Shown here one piece after another: positions 59,319-64,000 of a stretch of DNA of 64,000 bases (the stretch's first letter is position 1; every line of letters starts with the position of its first letter). The translations under genes were made by a program, and so were the position numbers. This stretch comes from Bacillota bacterium (GTDB taxonomy: Bacteria; Bacillota; Sulfobacillia; JAJYWN01), in the NCBI GenBank assembly GCA_021791495.1, contig JAJYWN010000034.1:16140-80139 (forward strand), given 5' to 3'. The notes below the pieces were generated by a model. It saw only the letters and a program-made list of their open reading frames with translations. It did no database searches and had not been told where the DNA came from.

Positions 59319-60000
59319 GAGCCTCCTCCGAGTCACTTCCCTTACTAAGACCTACCATGTGGGGCCGCGGCCGGTCTCCGCCCTGAGGGATGTTAGCCTG
59401 GAATTGGATTACGGCCAGTCGCTATCGGTAACCGGCTACTCCGGGTCGGGCAAATCAACGTTGTTGGGCTTGATCGGCGGCCTCGAACGGCCCACTTCGG
59501 GTGAGATCGAGTTCAAGGGGCGACGTTATTCCGGTCTTTCCGAGGCCGAGCTCACGGTTCTAAGAAGGAAGGACATCGGCTTCGTCTTCCAGACCTTCAA
59601 CCTGATTCCGGGCCTTTCGGCCTTCGATAACATCTTCCTCTGCTGCCGTCTGGCCGGCCAGAGCCGCCCCCAGGCCGGGCAGCGGTCGCGGGAGCTATTG
59701 GAGGTCTTGGGGATGGGCGACCGGGCCGGCCACCTGCCATCGCAGCTTTCCGGGGGCGAGCAGCAGCGGGTGGCCGTGGCCAGGTCCCTGGCTTCACGGC
59801 CGGCCCTGCTCATTGCCGATGAGCCCACCGGCGACCTGGACAGCGACAACGGGCGCGTGGTGGCCGACCTCATCTTGGGACTGTGCAAAGAGAACGGAAG
59901 TAGCTGTGTCATCGCCACCCACAACCTGGAACTCGCCGGACGGACCGACCGCAACATAGCCCTCAAGGACGGCTGCGTGCAGCGGGGGAGTGGTCGATGA
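59311..60000 (+). CDS. ABC transporter ATP-binding protein (LolD/MacB-like)
   Basis: GYSGSGKST, GFVFQ.FNL, LSGGEQQRVA, ADEPTG. Confidence 0.95.
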   Translation: MSESLLRVTSLTKTYHVGPRPVSALRDVSLELDYGQSLSVTGYSGSGKSTLLGLIGGLERPTSGEIEFKGRRYSGLSEAELTVLRRKDIGFVFQTFNLIPGLSAFDNIFLCCRLAGQSRPQAGQRSRELLEVLGMGDRAGHLPSQLSGGEQQRVAVARSLASRPALLIADEPTGDLDSDNGRVVADLILGLCKENGSSCVIATHNLELAGRTDRNIALKDGCVQRGSGR

Positions 60001-61067
60001 TCGTCAAGATGTTGGCCCGTAACTTGACGATGGGAACTTCCAGGGTCGTAATCACCGCCCTGACCGTGGCGGGGGCGCTGCTGGTTAACGCTCTTTACGT
60101 TTCCTATCACACCCCCATGGCGGCGCAAACCAAATACATCCCTGGAGAGGCCCGGCTGGTGGTCCTCACGCCGAAAGATGACAAGACGGACACCGATTGG
60201 TTGCGGCAGGCCGGGACGGTGGACTCCTTCGAAACGTTCCACCTCCTCGATGGGTTCATCAAGGACCAGTACGTTCCAGTTTGGGCGGTGTCCGGTGCGC
60301 CGCGCGTGGCGGCGCCTGCCCTCGTACCTCCTGGAAAGCAACCTTCGGCGCCCGGAGAGGCCGTCGTGCCTGCGGTTCTCGCCGGAAACTATGGTCTAGG
60401 CATCGGGTCTCCTTTGTCGATCTTCTCCCCCGGAGCGGGCCTAGCCGCCGTCCCGGACCTGAGAGTGGTGGGCGCGTCCGAAGACCCCCTTTTCCCTTGT
60501 GTGGTGACCGTCTTGCCGGACTCGTCGACCGCCGGTGGGTTCGGGGGAAAGGCACGGGTATTGGTGAGGCTAACCAAAGGGATACCTTCGCGGTCTTTTG
60601 TTCAGGAGGTTGCCCAAACCCATCCCGACATCACGGCGGTTCCCCTGGAGGAGTTCCTGACGCCCACGGGGGTACTCGTATCGGCCGCCGACGTCCTCCA
60701 GTCCCAACTGGTGATGCTCATCCTGATCATCGCGGCTTTCGGCATCGCCAACAGCATGGCTCTTTCGATGCTGGAAAGACGCAACCAGACGGCGCTCTTG
60801 CGGGCGGTGGGGCTGCCGCGGCAGGAGATCACCCTATTGTTCCTGGCTGAGGCCGCGGTCCTAGCTATGGCCGGGTCGGCCATCGCCTTCGCCGGAGCCT
60901 GGGCGGCCTCCCGGTTCCTGCCGGGGGCCGTGGCCTATGGTCTGCCGAAGGCTATCCTACGGGGATCGGGCTTGGCACTGGCGGTGGGCCTAGGGGCCAC
61001 TTTGGCGCTGGCCAACCTTTGGCAACTGGGCAGCCCCATGGAGTTGCTTCGCGGAAGATCGAGCTAA
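59997..61067 (+). CDS. ABC transporter permease (FtsX-like)
   Basis: ERR...LLRAVG motif followed by 3 TM segments. Confidence 0.82.
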   Translation: MIVKMLARNLTMGTSRVVITALTVAGALLVNALYVSYHTPMAAQTKYIPGEARLVVLTPKDDKTDTDWLRQAGTVDSFETFHLLDGFIKDQYVPVWAVSGAPRVAAPALVPPGKQPSAPGEAVVPAVLAGNYGLGIGSPLSIFSPGAGLAAVPDLRVVGASEDPLFPCVVTVLPDSSTAGGFGGKARVLVRLTKGIPSRSFVQEVAQTHPDITAVPLEEFLTPTGVLVSAADVLQSQLVMLILIIAAFGIANSMALSMLERRNQTALLRAVGLPRQEITLLFLAEAAVLAMAGSAIAFAGAWAASRFLPGAVAYGLPKAILRGSGLALAVGLGATLALANLWQLGSPMELLRGRSS

Positions 61068-61120
61068 TCGGACTGAAGGGCACCGATGTGGGGCACCGCG
61101 CCCGACAGAGCCTATCCCCA

Positions 61121-62944
61121 TCAGGCCAGGAACCTCTCCGCCAGCTCCCGGCTGAACTGCTTCTGGTAGAGGCGCCAGTACTGGCCGCGCCGGCGCAGCA
61201 GCTCGGCGTGGGTGCCCTGCTCCACGATGCGGCCGTCGTCGATGACCAGGATCACGTCGGCACTGCGGATGGTGGAGAGGCGGTGGGCGATGACAAACGC
61301 CGTCCGCCCCGCCAGGAGCACGCGCAGGGCCTCCTGGATGAGCTTTTCGGTCTCGGTGTCAATGCTGGACGTGGCCTCGTCGAGGATCAGGATGCGCGGG
61401 TCGGCCAGGATGGCCCGGGCGAAGGCCAGTAGTTGCCGCTGCCCGGTGGACAGCGAGGCCCCGCGTTCGTGGGCGTCGGTCTCGTACCCTTGCGCCGTCT
61501 TGATGATGAACTCATGGGCCCGCGCCAGCCGGGCGGCCTCCTCCACGTCCCCGTCCGGGGCTTCCAGGCGGCCGTACTTGATGTTCTCCCTAATGCTCCC
61601 CGAGAAGATGAAGGTGTCTTGGAGCACCACCCCCAGCTGACTGCGCAGGGAGCGGATGCTGACGTCCCGCAGGTCCAGCCCGTCGATGGTGACGGCGCCG
61701 GCCGTGGGATCGTAGAAGCGGGCGACAAGGTTCACGATGGTCGACTTCCCGGCTCCCGTTGGACCCACCAAGGCCACCGTGGTGCCGGCGGGCACGCGGA
61801 AGGTGACGTCGTGGAGGACGGGGCGGTCGGCCTCGTAGGCGAAGCTCACCCCTTGGAAGGCCACCTCTCCCTGAATGGTGGGGAGGGGAGTGGCGCCGGG
61901 GGCATCCACCACCAGGGGCTTGGTATCCAGATATTCGAAGACCCGCTCGGCCGAGGCCATGGCCGAGAGGATCTGGCTGTAGACCCGGCTGAAGGTGGAG
62001 ACCGGTCCCCAGAACTTGCCGATGTAGCTTATGAAGGCCAGGAGCAGGCCCAGGGTGAGCCGACCCCGCAAGACTTCCGCCGCCCCATACCACACCACAG
62101 CACAGGTGGTGACGGCCCCGACGATGTCGGTCAGGGGCCAGAAGACGATCTCCAGTTTTTGGGCGGCCATGTAGGCGCGGCGCTGGCGGTCGTTGAGACG
62201 GTCGAAGCGCACCGTGTTTCGCGCCTGCCGCGAGAAGGCCTGGATGACCTGGATCCCCTGCACCGTCTCGTTCAGGTGGCCGTTGATGCTCGCCACCGCC
62301 CTCCGGACTTTCAGCCAGGCCATCTCCATCCGGCTGCGCCAGCGGTTCAGCATGATGAAGAGGAAAGGGACGGCGGCGAAGGTGATGAGGGCCAGCTTCG
62401 CGTGCATGGCCAGCATGATGACCATGATGCCCACCAGGGAAAGGGCCTGGCTCATTAAGCTGATGAGGCCGCTGTTCACCATAATGCCCATGGCGTTGAC
62501 ATCGTTGGTCACGCGCGACATGACCTTGCCGGCCGGGCGGCCGTCGAAGAACTTGAATGAGAGCGTCTGAATGTGGTCGAAGACGTGCTGGCGCAGATCG
62601 TACAGCACATGTTGGCCCGTGTAGGTGATCACCTGGATCTGGCGGCGCTGGGCGGCCCAGGCCACCAGGCGCACGGCGCAGAGGGCCAGAACGATTAGGT
62701 TCAGTACGCGCACATTGTGGGCCAGGATGCCGTAGTCCACGGCGTAGCGCACGAAGATGGGTTCGACCAGCCCGGCGGTGGTGGTGACAAACATCAGGAG
62801 AGCGGCGAAAGCCATGCTGCGCCGGTAGGGACGGCCGTAGGCCAGCATCCGGAAGAAGTTCCGGTTGTTGAAGGGGCGCCGCGCTGCCTCTTGCTCTTCG
62901 TCTTGGTCTTCGTCTTCGTAGTCCAGTTCGTCATTAGGCGCCAC
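61121..62944 (-). CDS. ABC exporter, fused permease/ATPase
   Basis: TM domain; GPTGAGKST, LSTGQRQ, LDEATS, IAHRLST. Confidence 0.95.
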   Translation of the reverse strand: MAPNDELDYEDEDQDEEQEAARRPFNNRNFFRMLAYGRPYRRSMAFAALLMFVTTTAGLVEPIFVRYAVDYGILAHNVRVLNLIVLALCAVRLVAWAAQRRQIQVITYTGQHVLYDLRQHVFDHIQTLSFKFFDGRPAGKVMSRVTNDVNAMGIMVNSGLISLMSQALSLVGIMVIMLAMHAKLALITFAAVPFLFIMLNRWRSRMEMAWLKVRRAVASINGHLNETVQGIQVIQAFSRQARNTVRFDRLNDRQRRAYMAAQKLEIVFWPLTDIVGAVTTCAVVWYGAAEVLRGRLTLGLLLAFISYIGKFWGPVSTFSRVYSQILSAMASAERVFEYLDTKPLVVDAPGATPLPTIQGEVAFQGVSFAYEADRPVLHDVTFRVPAGTTVALVGPTGAGKSTIVNLVARFYDPTAGAVTIDGLDLRDVSIRSLRSQLGVVLQDTFIFSGSIRENIKYGRLEAPDGDVEEAARLARAHEFIIKTAQGYETDAHERGASLSTGQRQLLAFARAILADPRILILDEATSSIDTETEKLIQEALRVLLAGRTAFVIAHRLSTIRSADVILVIDDGRIVEQGTHAELLRRRGQYWRLYQKQFSRELAERFLA

Positions 62945-64000
62945 AGCCTTCACCCCCTTCCGCCGGCTGTCCATCGCCGGTGCGACCGGCCTGTCCCGTC
63001 TGGCGCGCCTCGGCCGGGTCGTTCCCCGTGTCGTTGCCGGCGGCGATTTCCGCGTCCGACCCGAACTGGGTGTCGAACATCCGCCGGTACAGCCCGTGTC
63101 CCGCCAGGAGTTCCTCGTGGGTGCCGAACTCCGTGACCCGCCCGTTCTCCAAGACGAGGACGCGGTCGGCGTTCTTCACGGTCGACAGCCGTTTGGCGAT
63201 GATGAGGGTCGTCCGCCCCTGCATGGCCTGCTCCAGGCCCTCCTGGATGGCGAACTCGGTTTCCGTATCCACGCTGGACGTGGCCTCGTCCAGAATGAGG
63301 ATGCGCGGGTCAGTCAGTAGCGCCCGCGCCAGGGCCACCCGCTGTTTCTGCCCGCCCGACAGGCCTACTCCCCGTTCGCCGACTCGCGTGTCGTAGCCTT
63401 TCGGCAGGTCCGTGACAAAGTCGTGGGCCTGGGCCACCTGAGCGGCGGCAACGATCTCGTCCGGGGACGCGTCGGGGTGGCCGAAGGCGATATTCTGTTT
63501 CACCGGCGCGGAGAATAGGAACGTCTCCTGCAGCACCACGCCTATCTGCCGCCGCAGGGACGCCAAGGTCACATCACGGACGTCGTACCCGTCGATGGTG
63601 ACGCGCCCGGCGGTGACGTCGTGGAAACGGGGGATGAGGTTGATTAGCGTGCTCTTGCCGGACCCCGTCCCCCCGACCACGGCGACGACCTCGCCGGGGC
63701 GGATCTCGAAGTTTAGATCGGCCAGCGCCGGTTCTGTGGCATCGGAAAACTGGAAGGAGACGTTTTCGAAGCGCAGGAGGCCACGGACCGGAGGCAGAGG
63801 GATGGCGGTCGGGGAATCGGTGATCTCCGGCTTCGTATCGATGATCTCGAAGACCCGCGGGGCGGCCGCCAATGCCTGTTCCATGTCGTTCACCAGCCAG
63901 CCCATCATGCGGATGGGCCAGATGAGCATCATGAGGTAGCTCTGGAAGGCGAAGAGCGCGCCGATGGTCATGCGCCCGCTCATGACTTCCAGTCCACCGT
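62934..64000 (-). CDS. ABC exporter, fused permease/ATPase (5' end outside window)
   Basis: GGTGSGKST, LSGGQKQR, LDEATS; H-loop reads IAKRLS, so a heterodimeric pair with one degenerate site is likely. Confidence 0.93.
   Translation of the reverse strand, partial: GGLEVMSGRMTIGALFAFQSYLMMLIWPIRMMGWLVNDMEQALAAAPRVFEIIDTKPEITDSPTAIPLPPVRGLLRFENVSFQFSDATEPALADLNFEIRPGEVVAVVGGTGSGKSTLINLIPRFHDVTAGRVTIDGYDVRDVTLASLRRQIGVVLQETFLFSAPVKQNIAFGHPDASPDEIVAAAQVAQAHDFVTDLPKGYDTRVGERGVGLSGGQKQRVALARALLTDPRILILDEATSSVDTETEFAIQEGLEQAMQGRTTLIIAKRLSTVKNADRVLVLENGRVTEFGTHEELLAGHGLYRRMFDTQFGSDAEIAAGNDTGNDPAEARQTGQAGRTGDGQPAEGGEGCGA

Overview
High-GC, Bacillota-like chromosomal segment (inferred from a T-box, an SLH domain, a ykkC-type riboswitch and AGGAGG ribosome-binding sites). 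The core part carries polA(3' part)-mutM-coaE-lytic transglycosylase and two tRNA-Leu genes. An accessory stretch (~5.6-24.6 kb) follows, with toxin-antitoxin modules, hydrolases, transporters and several internally deleted gene remnants. Further on are tandem MATE pumps, a Phe T-box-controlled pheA-like/aroF unit, a B12-radical SAM protein, an MCP, a second pheA, an M14 peptidase, HigBA, a ppGpp-type riboswitch ahead of leuACDB-ilvE-ilvN-ilvC-ilvD-ilvB, and ABC transporters. Most notable, and mostly missed by the ORF track: (1) a peroxiredoxin-like protein whose CxxC is encoded as TGA-x-x-TGA (UxxU) with a SECIS-like hairpin; (2) a CopG/BrnA-type antitoxin fused to a ThsB-like TIR domain behind a BrnT remnant; (3) two unexplained structured RNAs (~2.5 kb and ~30.2 kb); (4) a self-contained 24-aa peptide transcription unit. 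Several frameshifts fall in homopolymer runs and may be sequencing errors. All assignments come from motif recognition by eye; no searches were run.
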